Made by a program: the position numbers and the translations under genes. A stretch of 64,000 bases of DNA from an uncultured delta proteobacterium. GTDB taxonomy: Bacteria > Myxococcota_A > Polyangia > Polyangiales > Polyangiaceae. A model generated the notes under the pieces. That model ran no database searches, was not told where the DNA came from, and saw nothing but the letters and a program-made list of their open reading frames with translations. The stretch spans positions 96,001-160,000 of the forward strand of contig CAWKKR010000001.1 of NCBI GenBank assembly GCA_963850305.1, read 5' to 3'. Positions 39,645 to 50,017 of the stretch are shown in pieces; the stretch's first letter is position 1, and each line of letters opens with the position of its first letter.

Positions 39645-40670
39645 ATGGAATATCGGCATTTGGGCTCCGCTGGGGTCAAGGTCTCGGCCTTGTGTCTCGG
39701 GACCATGACGTTCGGCGAGGCCGACAAGAACTCGTTCATGCACGAGGTCGGGTGCGACGAGAGGACGTCGTTCGCCATCATGAACCGCGCGCTCGACGCA
39801 GGGATCAACTTCTTTGACACGGCCGACGTCTACGGCCAGGACGGCCTCAGCGAGCGTGTGATCGGCAATTTCTTCGAGACGGGGAAGAGACGAAACGAGG
39901 TCGTTCTCGCCACCAAGTTCCGTTTCGTGATGGGCACGGGCCCGAACCGGTCGGGAGCCTCGCGCTACCGCATCATGAAGACGGCGGAGGACAGCCTCCG
40001 CCGTCTCAAGACCGACCGGATCGATCTTTATCAGATCCACATGCAGGATCTCGAGACCCCGGAAGAGGAGACGCTTCGCGCGCTCGACGATCTCGTGCGT
40101 CACGGGAAGGTCCTCTACATCGGCGCGAGTAATTACGCCGCATACCGGCTTACGGAGAGCCGGTTCATCAGCGAGATGCGCTCCCTCGAACGATTCGTGA
40201 CCCTGCAGGCGCAGTACAGCCTCGTCGTCCGCGATCTCGAGCGCGAAGGGATCCCGGCGTGCTCGCGTTTCGGAATAGGGGTTCTGCCGTGGTCGCCGCT
40301 CGCCGCTGGCTTCCTTTCCGGCAAATACCGGCGCTCCGAACCACCGCCCCCGGGTGCGCGCCTCGACAAGTGGAAGGACCGCCTCGCGTCGTACGACAAC
40401 GAACGCAACTGGCGCATTCTCGACGCCGTGTCCGAGGTCGCCGCGGAAAAGAACGTCACGGCTTCTCAGGTCTCGCTGGCGTGGCTACTCCGCAGGCCCG
40501 CGGTGTCGTCCGTCATCTTCGGCGCGCGGTCCGTCGAGCAGCTGGAAGACAACCTGAAAGCCGCCGAACTGTCGCTCAGTGACGTGCAGATGGCGGCACT
40601 CGAGACGGCGTCCGCGTTCGACGTCGGATACCCGTACGAGTTCCAGCGGCGCGTACAGGGCAGATGGTAA
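39645..40670 (+). CDS. Aldo/keto reductase
   Basis: LGTMTFG, FDTADVY, DRIDLYQIH, WSPLAAGFL. Confidence 0.93.
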   Translation: MEYRHLGSAGVKVSALCLGTMTFGEADKNSFMHEVGCDERTSFAIMNRALDAGINFFDTADVYGQDGLSERVIGNFFETGKRRNEVVLATKFRFVMGTGPNRSGASRYRIMKTAEDSLRRLKTDRIDLYQIHMQDLETPEEETLRALDDLVRHGKVLYIGASNYAAYRLTESRFISEMRSLERFVTLQAQYSLVVRDLEREGIPACSRFGIGVLPWSPLAAGFLSGKYRRSEPPPPGARLDKWKDRLASYDNERNWRILDAVSEVAAEKNVTASQVSLAWLLRRPAVSSVIFGARSVEQLEDNLKAAELSLSDVQMAALETASAFDVGYPYEFQRRVQGRW

Positions 40671-40676
40671 CGGACG

Positions 40677-41606
40677 TCAATCCACGTCGATGACGCGCAG
40701 GCTCGTCATCACGAGGGCCGCATCCCCGGGGAACCTCCCCCAGAGACTGACCTCGTAGCGGCCCGCGCGCCCCCGATCCGACAGCGGCACCTCGACGGCG
40801 AAGTGGTCCCCGTTCACGCGGACGGGCTTCGGCGTCTGAAAGCCCGCGGGGAAATAGAGGACGTAGGGTGACGGCGTGGCGTATACGGACGTCGAATTCA
40901 GATACGTGACGGTCAGCGGGCGAGCGGCATCGATCCGCGCAATGCCGACTCCGCCGAACTTCACCGGCGCATGCACGTCACCCTCCACGTTCACGGTGTC
41001 GCCGACGCGAGCGTGGGTCGGCACGGGCTCGTAGCGCCCGTACTCGTCGACGAACTCCTGCGACATGCACGGCTGCGGCACGCCCATCGGAACGGAGAGC
41101 CCGACCCCGAAATGCGTGTGCCACTTGCTCAGGATGTTCTTCCTGTGGCCGTCGTTCGGCGGCACCTCGGCCATGAATGCCGCCTCGATCTTCGCGAGCT
41201 CGATCGTCGAGAACTCCGGCGCGCCGTCCAGCTGCCGCGAGACGCCGTCGAAGAAACAGGCCGCGTTCTCCTGCGAGAGATGCACGCCCCCCGCCTCCGA
41301 GTAGCGCTGTTCCGGCACGGAACCGTCGGTGCCGAGGTGCGCGGTGTACCCGTGCTGCGCCATGTCGTCCGCGTGCCGCTGACCGGCGCGAGCAGCCACG
41401 TCGTCCCACTCCACGGGCGGCAAGCCCGCTTCCGCGCGATCGTGATTGACGAGCCCGAGGACGTAGCGCGCAGCCTGAACGCGATCGAGCGGGCCCGTCC
41501 CCCCGAGGTGGCCCGTCCTCGGCGCGGGATCGCACCCCATGACGCACAGCGCGCCGAACGCGCCGACGCTCACCACACGAGCAAGCTTCCCGGTCGAGGC
41601 GTTCAC
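40677..41606 (-). CDS. CAP/SCP-domain lipoprotein
   Basis: VMG-C lipobox, VNHDRAEAGL, HADDM..H, ENA, GHRKNIL. Confidence 0.85.
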   Translation of the reverse strand: MNASTGKLARVVSVGAFGALCVMGCDPAPRTGHLGGTGPLDRVQAARYVLGLVNHDRAEAGLPPVEWDDVAARAGQRHADDMAQHGYTAHLGTDGSVPEQRYSEAGGVHLSQENAACFFDGVSRQLDGAPEFSTIELAKIEAAFMAEVPPNDGHRKNILSKWHTHFGVGLSVPMGVPQPCMSQEFVDEYGRYEPVPTHARVGDTVNVEGDVHAPVKFGGVGIARIDAARPLTVTYLNSTSVYATPSPYVLYFPAGFQTPKPVRVNGDHFAVEVPLSDRGRAGRYEVSLWGRFPGDAALVMTSLRVIDVD

Positions 41607-41738
41607 GGTTCCCTTTATAATCGAGAGAGACCGAGTCCCCGCCCTGCTTTCGGCCGATCGGGCCTTGTGCCCCAACGCGGCTGAGCTAGATTCGCCGCCC
41701 GAACGGTCGTCCTTCGAGTCGAGGAAACGTGAACGTCC

Positions 41739-42203
41739 ATGCTTGACCTGCCCGAACCCGGCCTCTACCGCACCACTGAGCCATATCCCGGACGCGAAGC
41801 AGATTTCCCCGTGGGCTGCCTCGTCTATGTCGGACAACCGACGAACGGCGGCGTGAAGTTCGTCGTCCGCCCGGGCCAGAACCGGAACAACCGCTGGTTC
41901 TGGGGCGAGCCCACCACACCTCTCCGCTCTCCGACCTGGGCGCGCACGCTGAAACCCTTGCGCTCCGAGGGCTTCTACACGCTGCCGCACGATCTGGAGT
42001 TCGAGAGCGGCGGGAAGTGGCTCAAGAACGCCATCGTTCAGCTCGGGTACAACGGCGACGGTCGCGCGATCCTCTTCGTCGGAGAGCAGCGAGAGGCTGA
42101 AGGCACGAACGCGCTCTACTTCAGCGACCGCGGCATGATGATCGACGACGGCCTCATCGACAGATTGATCTGGGCGCCGATTCTGCCGGTACCGGCGAAA
42201 TAG
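41739..42203 (+). CDS. Conserved hypothetical protein
   Basis: Good codon usage; aromatic/Gly-rich globular sequence. Confidence 0.65.
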   Translation: MLDLPEPGLYRTTEPYPGREADFPVGCLVYVGQPTNGGVKFVVRPGQNRNNRWFWGEPTTPLRSPTWARTLKPLRSEGFYTLPHDLEFESGGKWLKNAIVQLGYNGDGRAILFVGEQREAEGTNALYFSDRGMMIDDGLIDRLIWAPILPVPAK

Positions 42204-42267
42204 CTCGTCACGGGGGTACACCGCCGCGCCCTCGGGGCTGCCCCGCGGATCGCCCGACGCAGACGAA

Positions 42268-43026
42268 CTACCCCCCTGGCGTCTGCCGCCGGGAGAACAC
42301 GCGGAACATCTTCCGGATCGGGTCGTAGAACTCGTCCACGACGCGTTCCTTCAGCGGAATGATCGCATTGTCCGTGATCGCGATGTGCTCGGGGCAGACC
42401 TTCGTGCAGCACTTGGTGATGTTGCAGTAGCCGATGCCCATATCGTTCTTGAGCTCGGGCACCCGATCTTCCACGTCGAGGGGATTCATCTCGGCCTGCG
42501 CGGCGTAGATGAAGTGCCGGGGCCCCGCGAACTCGTCGTGCTTGTGGCTATCGCGCAGCACGTGACAGACATTCTGACAGAGGAAGCACTCGATGCATTT
42601 CCGGAACTCTTGCGGCCTATCGACGTCCTCTTGCTGCACCCGCCACGTGCCGTCGGGAGCGTCGGGCTTGCGCGGCTTGAACTTCTTGATACGTTTCTTG
42701 ACCTCGTAGTTCCAGCTCACGTCGGTCACGAGATCCTTCATGCGCGGGAACGCGCGCATCGGCTCGATGGTGACGGGCACCGAAAGATCGATGTCGCTGA
42801 GCCGCGTCATGCACATGAGGCGCGGCATGCCGTTGATCTCGGCGGAGCACGACCCGCATTTTCCGGCCTTGCAGTTCCAGCGAGCAGCGAGATCCGGCGC
42901 ACTCTCGGCCTGGATCTGGTGAACCGCATCGAGGACGACCATCCCTTCGCCGACGTCCGTCTGGTAATCGACGAATTTGGACTCTTTGACGTCGCCGCGC
43001 GAAATCCGGAAGGTGACGCTTGCCAT
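42268..43026 (-). CDS. sdhB: Succinate dehydrogenase / fumarate reductase Fe-S subunit
   Basis: CKAGKCGSC, CIECFLCQNVC, CNITKCCTKVCP. Confidence 0.95.
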   Translation of the reverse strand: MASVTFRISRGDVKESKFVDYQTDVGEGMVVLDAVHQIQAESAPDLAARWNCKAGKCGSCSAEINGMPRLMCMTRLSDIDLSVPVTIEPMRAFPRMKDLVTDVSWNYEVKKRIKKFKPRKPDAPDGTWRVQQEDVDRPQEFRKCIECFLCQNVCHVLRDSHKHDEFAGPRHFIYAAQAEMNPLDVEDRVPELKNDMGIGYCNITKCCTKVCPEHIAITDNAIIPLKERVVDEFYDPIRKMFRVFSRRQTPGG

Positions 43027-44841
43027 CTACTTCTTCTGCTCCTCGATGATCTCCTTGAGATCGGCTCGAATTTCGGTGACGGGTACCCGTTCGACCACCA
43101 TCTCACCGTTCGTACCCTTGCGAACGAACGTGTTGTGCTTCCCGTACGCGTCCAGCTTCTCCGGGTAGTCGTCGCGGAAGTGACCGCCGCGACTCTCTTT
43201 CCGGTCGATTGCCGAACGCGTCGCCGCTTCGGAGACCGTGAGCAAATTGTTCAGGTCCAGCACCGTATGCCAGCCGGGATTGTAATCCCTGTTCGCGTCG
43301 CACCCGACCCGGTCGGCGCGTTCGCGGTATTCCTTCAGCTTGGCGAGCGCTTGCTCCATCTCGCTCTCCACGCGCACGATGCCGACGAGATCCTGCATGG
43401 TGTCCTGGAGATCCCGCTGGATGATGAAGGCGTTCTCGTTCGAGCTGCGGTCGAACGGCGCGAGCGCAAACTTGGCCGCGGCGTCCGCCTGAGCCGGCTC
43501 CAGCGTCACGGCGCCGTGCTCCGCCGCGAACTTCGCGGCATGCTCCCCCGCCCGCTTCCCGAACACGAGCAAGTCGGAGAGCGAGTTGCCGCCGAGGCGG
43601 TTCGCCCCGTGAAGCCCGGCGGCGACCTCCCCCGCCGCGAACAGACCGGGAACGGTCGTCATCTGACTGTCGCCATCCACGTGGATGCCGCCCATGAAGT
43701 AGTGCGTCGTCGGGCCGACCTCCATCCGCTCCTTGGTGATGTCGACGCCCGCGAGCTCCTTGAACTGGTGATACATGCTCGGGAGCTTCTTTTTGATGTG
43801 CGCCTCGCCATCCGGCAGCCGCGTCGCGATCCAGGCGATGTCGAGAAAAACGCCGCCATGTGGACTTCCCCGCCCAGCACCGACCTCCTGCCGGATCTTC
43901 CGGGCAACGTGATCCCGTGTCAGAAGCTCCGGAGGCCGCCGCGCGTTCTTGTCGCCCTGTGTGTAGCGCCAGCCTTCTTCTTCGTTGTCCGCCGTCGACG
44001 GCTTGTAGTTCTCGGGCACGTCGTCGAACATGAACCGCTTGCCGTCCTTGTTCCGGAGCACCCCTCCCTCACCGCGAACACCCTCTGTCACGAGGATCCC
44101 ACGCACCGATGGCGGCCAGACCATCCCCGTCGGGTGAAACTGGATGAACTCCATGTCCTTCAGGGCCGCCCCCACCTCGTACGCGAGCGTCTGACCGTCC
44201 CCCGTATACTCCCAGCTGTTGCTCGTGATCTTGAAGGCGCGGCCGATGCCGCCCGTCGCGAGCACCACGGCCTTGGCCTTGAACACGCGGAACCGTCCGT
44301 GCTCGCGCTCGTACGCGAACGCGCCGGCCACGCGATCCCCGTCCTTCAGCAGCCGGACGACCGTGCACTCCATGTGTACGTCGACGGCCTGGTGAATCAC
44401 GTGATCCTGGAGCGTGCGGATCATCTCGAGCCCCGTGCGATCCCCGACGTGCGCGAGCCGCGGATAACGATGTCCGCCAAAGTTCCGCTGGAGGATGCGA
44501 CCATCCGGGGTGCGGTCGAGGATGGCGCCCCAGGCCTCGAGCTCCTTGACGCATGCGGGCGCTTCCTTCGCGTGAAGCTCCGCCATGCGCCAGTTGTTCA
44601 AGTATTGCCCGCCGCGCATCGTGTCGGCGAAGTGCACCTTCCAGTTGTCGCGATCGTCGACGTGACCCATGGCCGCCGCCATGCCGCCCTCGGCCATCAC
44701 CGTGTGCGCCTTGCCGAGCAAGGACTTGCACACCATCCCCACCTTCGCTCCCGCGTCCGCCGCCGCAATTGCCGCGCGAAGCCCTGCGCCGCCCGCACCG
44801 ATGATCAGAACATCGTGCTCGATGACGTCGTGATCGGCCAC
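43027..44841 (-). CDS. sdhA: Succinate dehydrogenase / fumarate reductase flavoprotein
   Basis: GAGGAG, AHTVMAEGG, QFHPTG, HYFMGG, HGANRLGGNSL; GTG start at 44841. Confidence 0.95.
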   Translation of the reverse strand: MADHDVIEHDVLIIGAGGAGLRAAIAAADAGAKVGMVCKSLLGKAHTVMAEGGMAAAMGHVDDRDNWKVHFADTMRGGQYLNNWRMAELHAKEAPACVKELEAWGAILDRTPDGRILQRNFGGHRYPRLAHVGDRTGLEMIRTLQDHVIHQAVDVHMECTVVRLLKDGDRVAGAFAYEREHGRFRVFKAKAVVLATGGIGRAFKITSNSWEYTGDGQTLAYEVGAALKDMEFIQFHPTGMVWPPSVRGILVTEGVRGEGGVLRNKDGKRFMFDDVPENYKPSTADNEEEGWRYTQGDKNARRPPELLTRDHVARKIRQEVGAGRGSPHGGVFLDIAWIATRLPDGEAHIKKKLPSMYHQFKELAGVDITKERMEVGPTTHYFMGGIHVDGDSQMTTVPGLFAAGEVAAGLHGANRLGGNSLSDLLVFGKRAGEHAAKFAAEHGAVTLEPAQADAAAKFALAPFDRSSNENAFIIQRDLQDTMQDLVGIVRVESEMEQALAKLKEYRERADRVGCDANRDYNPGWHTVLDLNNLLTVSEAATRSAIDRKESRGGHFRDDYPEKLDAYGKHNTFVRKGTNGEMVVERVPVTEIRADLKEIIEEQKK

Positions 44842-45650
44842 TAGAGAATCCTCCAGTCCGTGAAATGTCCCATCGAACACATGCGGATGTAGAAGTCCGT
44901 GAAGGCCACCCACACCAGGCTCACCCAGGCGAACTTCTGGTGATTGCAGTTCAGCTTGCTCGCGCCGTCGTAGAGCTTCTTCCGGAGCGGCGTTCGAGAC
45001 AGGATATCCTTGAACCCGCCGATGACGTGCCGGAAGGAGTGGCAGCTGAACTGGTAGAGCGTCAAGAACGTCGCGTTCAGCACGATCACGATCGTGCCGA
45101 CCCCGATCCCGAACTGCAGGGCGTGTGTCGTCGGGTTCTCGAACCAGATGCTCCTGTACGCATCGTAGAAGAGGATCGGCACGTAGAAGCACGTCACGTA
45201 CATGAAGTACCGGTGCAGGTTCTGTACGATGAGAGGGAATTTACGCTCCCCCGAGTAGGTCTTGTGCGGCTTGCCGACGGCGCAGTTCGGCGGCGAGGCC
45301 CAGAACGCTTTGTAATAAGACCCGCGGTAGTAATAACAGGTGAGCCGGAAGCCACCGGGCCCGACGAGCGCGAGCATCGCCGGTGTGTATACGAGGAACG
45401 AGGGCCAGAACGGCGGCTTCCCGTGCCCGAACCAGGCGTGCGGTGAGTCACCCCAAAGCACGGGCGAGTACACCGGTGACAGGTAGTTCCCGAACTCGAA
45501 GTGATCGCCCTGGAGCACCGCCCAGTTCACGTAGACGAGGAACGAGGACAGCACGACGAAGACGACGAGCGGCTGGACCCACCAGCGGTCGGGACGGCTG
45601 GTTTCGCCGAAGCCGCGCTGGGGGGCGAGCGGGAGGTGGACTTGGGCCAT
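44841..45650 (-). CDS. Succinate dehydrogenase membrane anchor (mycobacterial Sdh1 / Rv0249c type)
   Basis: FRLTCYYYRGSYY, PPNCAV, QNLHRYF, SCHSFRH, H..FAW motifs. Confidence 0.8.
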   Translation of the reverse strand: MAQVHLPLAPQRGFGETSRPDRWWVQPLVVFVVLSSFLVYVNWAVLQGDHFEFGNYLSPVYSPVLWGDSPHAWFGHGKPPFWPSFLVYTPAMLALVGPGGFRLTCYYYRGSYYKAFWASPPNCAVGKPHKTYSGERKFPLIVQNLHRYFMYVTCFYVPILFYDAYRSIWFENPTTHALQFGIGVGTIVIVLNATFLTLYQFSCHSFRHVIGGFKDILSRTPLRKKLYDGASKLNCNHQKFAWVSLVWVAFTDFYIRMCSMGHFTDWRIL

Positions 45651-45870
45651 TCAGTGCTCCGTATGTTCGGCGGCGCGGAGGCGGGCTCGAGGCCCGCGGC
45701 GCGTCGCGTGTGCGGTATACCGGCAACCTCCGAACTTCTCAATATTGCACGACGTCCTCGACGGGATCTCCTGGCGCCCGACCCCCGGCACGCGGAAAAA
45801 AGGCCGGAGCCGGGTTACGCACCGCGCCGCCGATTGACGGCGAGAACTCCCGGGCGTTCGCTGCGGGTCG

Positions 45871-46592
45871 ATGGTGACCGCCACGGACGTCTCGGTCGCA
45901 CGCCACGACGGGCCGCCGCTCCGGGCCCACCTGGCGCTCCCGGAAGGCAGAACGGGGCTCCGCGCCGTGGTCGTCATTCACGAGATTCTACGGACTGACG
46001 GACGATATTCGGCGTATCACGCGCCGGTTCGCGGAAGCAGGTTACGCGGCCCTCGCGCCGGACCTCTATGACGGCCCCGGGCTGCGTGCGATTTGCATCG
46101 CGAGGACGATGCTCTCCGTGAAGACCGGCAAGGGCGCGGCCTTCGACGACATCGAGGCGGCGCGCGCCCACCTCGCCGCTCACCCGAGCGTCGACGGCGC
46201 ACGCATCGGCATCACCGGTTTCTGTCTCGGCGGCGCGTTCGCCATTCTCGCGGCGGTCGGCGGACCTTATCGAGTGAGCGCGCCCTACTACGGCGACGTT
46301 CCGAAGGACGCTGCGGATTCTCGAAGGCATCTGCCCCGTCGTCGCCGGCTACGGCGCGCGCGACGCCATGTTCGCGCCACAAGGCGAACGTCTCGAGCGT
46401 CACCTCGTCGTGCTCGGCGTCGAGCACGACGTCAAAGTCTATCCCGAAGCGGGCCACAGCTACATGAGCCAGCACCCGCCCACGCTGATGGTTCGCCTCG
46501 CCGCGCGCGGTCCGATGAAGGCGGGCTTCTCCGAAACCGCGAGCGAAGACAGCTGGAAGCGCATGCTCGAGTTCTTCGAGAAGCACCTCTGA
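45871..46592 (+). CDS. Dienelactone hydrolase family protein, two apparent frameshifts (~45986, ~46318)
   Basis: VVVIHEI(Y)GL, APDLY, GFCLGG, YPEAGHSY spread over three frames. Confidence 0.85.
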
Positions 46593-46739
46593 GTCGTGTA
46601 GCCTCTCTTCATCCAAGAGCTCACGCTCTGCGACTTCCCGACGACGCCCACGCCCGAGGGCTGGGACTCCTCACCCCCTGGCGACCGGAGCACGGCGCCC
46701 GTGGCGCGGCGTGCGTTCGCGACGTAGATTCGGCGCGCA

Positions 46740-47708
46740 ATGGCGAACCCCGCGACCCCTTTGACGGCCAGCGCCGGCTCCGAAGACGCAATGCGCACGA
46801 GCTTCGCGCGCATCGCGTACGGCGTACTCGTCTACACGGTGTTCGTCATTCTCTTCGGCGCGGTCGTGCGCATCACGGGCTCCGGCGCCGGCTGCGGTCA
46901 GCACTGGCCCACGTGCCAGGGCGAGCTCACCACCATCCCCAGCACCACGGCGATGGCCATCGAGTACACGCACCGACTCACCTCGGGTCTCTCCGGCGTC
47001 TTCATCGCCATCATGGCCGTCCTTGCGTTCCGTCGTTTTCCGGCGGGGCATGCGGTGCGGTCGGTCGCGGTCGCGAGCGTCGTGCTCCTCGTCGTGGAGG
47101 CGCTCCTCGGCCGCGCTCTCGTCAAGAACGGCCTCGTCGAACACGATACGTCCGTCGCGCGCGCCGTGGTGATGTCCGTGCATCTGGTGAACACGAGCTT
47201 CCTCGCCGCAGCCGTCGCGCTGACGGGCTTCGTCGCGACGCACCGCATGCCCCGGCGGTGGCTTCCGGTGGGCCCGCTCGAGTGGACGCTCTTAGGCGTG
47301 CTGGGCGGCACGCTCGTCGTATCCGTGACGGGTGCGCTCACGGCACTCGGCGACACGCTCTACCCCGTCGACACCGCGCGCGATCTCGCCGCGCGCCTCG
47401 CCGCCGATCAGAGCGCGACCGCGACGTTCCTCGAGCGCGGACGCGCCCTCCACCCCGTCGTCGCCGTCACTCTCGCCGCCGTTCTCGTCGCCACGGCGCG
47501 GAAGATCGTGGACGGCAATTCGAGCCCCGAGGTCAGACGCGCCGCGCACATCGTCATCGCGCTCGCCTTCATTCAAGTCTCGGCAGGGATCGCGAACATC
47601 GCCCTGTCGGCACCCGGGTGGATGCAGGTCGTCCATCTGGCGATCGCGACGACGCTCTGGCTCGCGCTCGTCCTGTTTTATGCGACCGTCGTGGGCGCGG
47701 GGGTATGA
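46740..47708 (+). CDS. ctaA: Heme A synthase (COX15/CtaA family)
   Basis: GSGAGC..WPTC, EYTHR, further His-bearing TM segments. Confidence 0.85.
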   Translation: MANPATPLTASAGSEDAMRTSFARIAYGVLVYTVFVILFGAVVRITGSGAGCGQHWPTCQGELTTIPSTTAMAIEYTHRLTSGLSGVFIAIMAVLAFRRFPAGHAVRSVAVASVVLLVVEALLGRALVKNGLVEHDTSVARAVVMSVHLVNTSFLAAAVALTGFVATHRMPRRWLPVGPLEWTLLGVLGGTLVVSVTGALTALGDTLYPVDTARDLAARLAADQSATATFLERGRALHPVVAVTLAAVLVATARKIVDGNSSPEVRRAAHIVIALAFIQVSAGIANIALSAPGWMQVVHLAIATTLWLALVLFYATVVGAGV

Positions 47709-47738
47709 GGGGAGTTCACATGAAGATGGCAAGTTCGG

Positions 47739-48138
47739 AACCAAACCGGGCAGGTCACCTGCTCCGATCCGTTCACCTTGAACCAAACCGGGCAGGTCAC
47801 CTGCTCCGATCCGTTCACCTTGAACCAAACCGGGCAGGTCACCTGCTCTGATCCGTTCACCTTGAACCAAACCGGGCAGGTCACCTGCTCCGATCCGTTC
47901 ACCTTGAACCAAACCGGGCAGGTCACCTGCTCCGATCCGTTCACCTTGGACCAAACCGGGCAGGTCACCTGCTCCGATCCGTTCACCTTGAACCAAACCG
48001 GGCAGGTCACCTGCTCCGATCCGTTCACCTTGGACCAAACCGGGCAGGTCACCTGCTCCGATCCGTTCACCTTGAACCAAACCGGGCAGGTCACCTGCTC
48101 CAATCCGTTCACCTTGAACCAAACCGGGCAGGTCACCT
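47739..48138. repeat. Tandem array of 9 full plus 1 partial 42-bp units, each with an internal palindrome
   Basis: Unit AACCAAACCGGGCAGGTCACCTGCTCCGATCCGTTCACCTTG; only 4 substitutions (47849, 47949, 48033, 48102); no spacers; a degenerate copy continues to ~48169. Confidence 0.97.
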
Positions 48139-48234
48139 CATCCGGTCAGTTCAGTTACAACGGAACCGACGATCCGGCCCCGTCCTATCCAGTCCGACTG
48201 GACTCGAGCCGTAGCTCGCAATCAGCCGGTCAGC

Positions 48235-48820
48235 TCAGCCCTTCAGGTTCTTCGCGACGAAGTCCCAGTTCAGGAGCTTGTCAGTGAAGGCCTCGAGGAA
48301 GCCGTCGCGCTTGTTGCGGTAGTCGATGTAGTACGCGTGCTCCCAGACGTCGCATGTGAGGAGCGGCTTCGCCGTGGTGGTGAGTGGCGTCTCGGCGTTG
48401 GGCGTGGTGACGATCTTGCCCGTGCCGCCGTCGAGGACGAGCCACACCCAGCCGGAACCGAAGCGGCCCATGCCCTCGGTCTTCCACGCTTCACGGAACT
48501 TGTCCCAGCCGCCGAAGTCCCGGTTGATGAGATTCGGCCACTTCCCCACCCTTGGGGGCACCGCCCCCGCCGGGCTTCAGGCTCTCCCAGAAGAAGGAGT
48601 GGTTCCAGACCTGCGCGGCGTTGTTGAAGACGCCGCCGGTCGAGCCCTTCACGACCTCCACTAGCGTCTTCGAGGCTTCGGGCTTGCCCTCGAGAAGGCC
48701 CTTCAGCTTCGTCATGTACGCCTTGTGATGCTTCTCGTAGTGATACTCGAAGGTCTCCTTCGTCATCACGGGATCCAGCGCATCCTTGGAATACGGTAGC
48801 GGGGCAACCTCGAAATTCAT
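48235..48820 (-). CDS. sodB: Fe/Mn superoxide dismutase, apparent frameshift at ~48533
   Basis: LPY..DAL, HYEKHH, FNNAAQVWNHSFFW, FGSGWVWL, DVWEHAYY; AAQ motif suggests the Fe type. Confidence 0.9.
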
Positions 48821-48957
48821 GGTTCGACTCTCCTCTTTCTTGAAGGGACGGGGAGTATAGGAAGCACGCCCTGGACCCGCAATCGCGAACCTTCGCGCCG
48901 ATCGCTGGGCCCGGGCCCGGGCCCGCGACGAGCGGGCCGGGACACGATCGACGAGGA

Positions 48958-49482
48958 TCATCCGGCGTGATGGACCGCCGCCAGATGCGTGACGAACCAG
49001 TGCCCGTCCCAGGAGATGATCGTGTGGACCTCGAGCGTCCGCGACGCCCCGGAAACCTCGTACCGAAGTTTCGCGCTGAACGTGCGGTAGTAACCGATCC
49101 TGTTCCACTCCTCGCCGGGCTTCACCCACCGCGGCGGACTTCCGAGCTCGAACGAACGAAACGTCGCTCCGTCCCAGCTCCGTCGCTGGTCGTGGAGCTC
49201 CTTCACGTTCAGGTGATATGAGCGAAGGAGCCCGGCGTGGTACTTCGACGGATCCGCGACGTCCTTCAGCTCGAGAAAAGGTTCTCGCGGAAAGAAGAAG
49301 TCGTCGGCAAGCTCCGGCTTGCCTCGAACGATCGCGTCGAAGAGATGATGCGCACGCTCGGTGAGGTCGGCGCTCGACAACGGTGGACGAACGTCGTTCT
49401 TCGGTAACTCCGCCGGGGGCGCGGCGCCGAGGAGCCACGCGCTGGCAAAGGCCACTGCCGCTGTTCGACGGACGGACCGCAT
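48958..49482 (-). CDS. Secreted hypothetical protein
   Basis: Signal peptide followed by a plausible globular domain. Confidence 0.6.
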   Translation of the reverse strand: MRSVRRTAAVAFASAWLLGAAPPAELPKNDVRPPLSSADLTERAHHLFDAIVRGKPELADDFFFPREPFLELKDVADPSKYHAGLLRSYHLNVKELHDQRRSWDGATFRSFELGSPPRWVKPGEEWNRIGYYRTFSAKLRYEVSGASRTLEVHTIISWDGHWFVTHLAAVHHAG

Positions 49483-49579
49483 TGGCGCGAGCACTCTATC
49501 CGACCTGCAAGGATCCCCAAATCCTTCCCGCCTTCTCCTTTCCTGTGATCCCCTCGATCCGATCTGCTAACGCCCATTC

Positions 49580-50017
49580 GTGATGCTCCCTCTCCGCCGG
49601 CCCGATGGCGCGCCCATCGCGGCAAGGGTCACGGTTCGGCGTGCCATCGCGATTGCAGAGGCCGTGTTCGCTCGCGACGGCGCGCTTCCCCCCGTGGAGC
49701 GCCTGGAGTGGCTGGCGCTCGAGCTGGAGGACTTTCTGGCGCGGGCCGGGGCACGCTCGCGTTTCTTCCTCTCGCTGATGATCGGCCTGGTGTCCTTTCT
49801 GTCGCCGGTCTTCATCGGCAGGGGCCCGGGTGTGATGCGGCTCGCGCTCTGCGATCGGATCCGCGCGCTGACCACGCTCGAGCGTCGCTTCGGCGAACCG
49901 CTGATCGCCGTGAAAGCGTTGCTCTGCCTCCTCTATTACGAGCACCCCGACGCGGCCCGCGGCGTCGGGTTCGACGGCAAGTGCCGGCTCCCCACCCGCG
50001 GCCCGGCGTCCCCATGA
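49580..50017 (+). CDS. Small partner protein of the GMC oxidoreductase (gluconate-2-DH subunit 3-like)
   Basis: KALLCLLYYEHP..VGFDG; ATGA overlap with the GMC gene. Confidence 0.6.
   Translation: MMLPLRRPDGAPIAARVTVRRAIAIAEAVFARDGALPPVERLEWLALELEDFLARAGARSRFFLSLMIGLVSFLSPVFIGRGPGVMRLALCDRIRALTTLERRFGEPLIAVKALLCLLYYEHPDAARGVGFDGKCRLPTRGPASP

Noticed and set aside
42385..44844. Long antisense ORFs (e.g. 42385..44844+, 50803..53100-, 57157..58767+, 31837..33582+, most of 17590..19848+)
   Set aside because: Shadow frames of well-supported genes in high-GC DNA, with no recognisable motifs.
46109..47851. 580-aa ORF as a real fusion protein
   Set aside because: Artifact of the dienelactone hydrolase frameshift running out of frame through ctaA.
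47739..48138. CRISPR array
   Set aside because: Units are head-to-tail with no unique spacers, and no cas genes are in the window.
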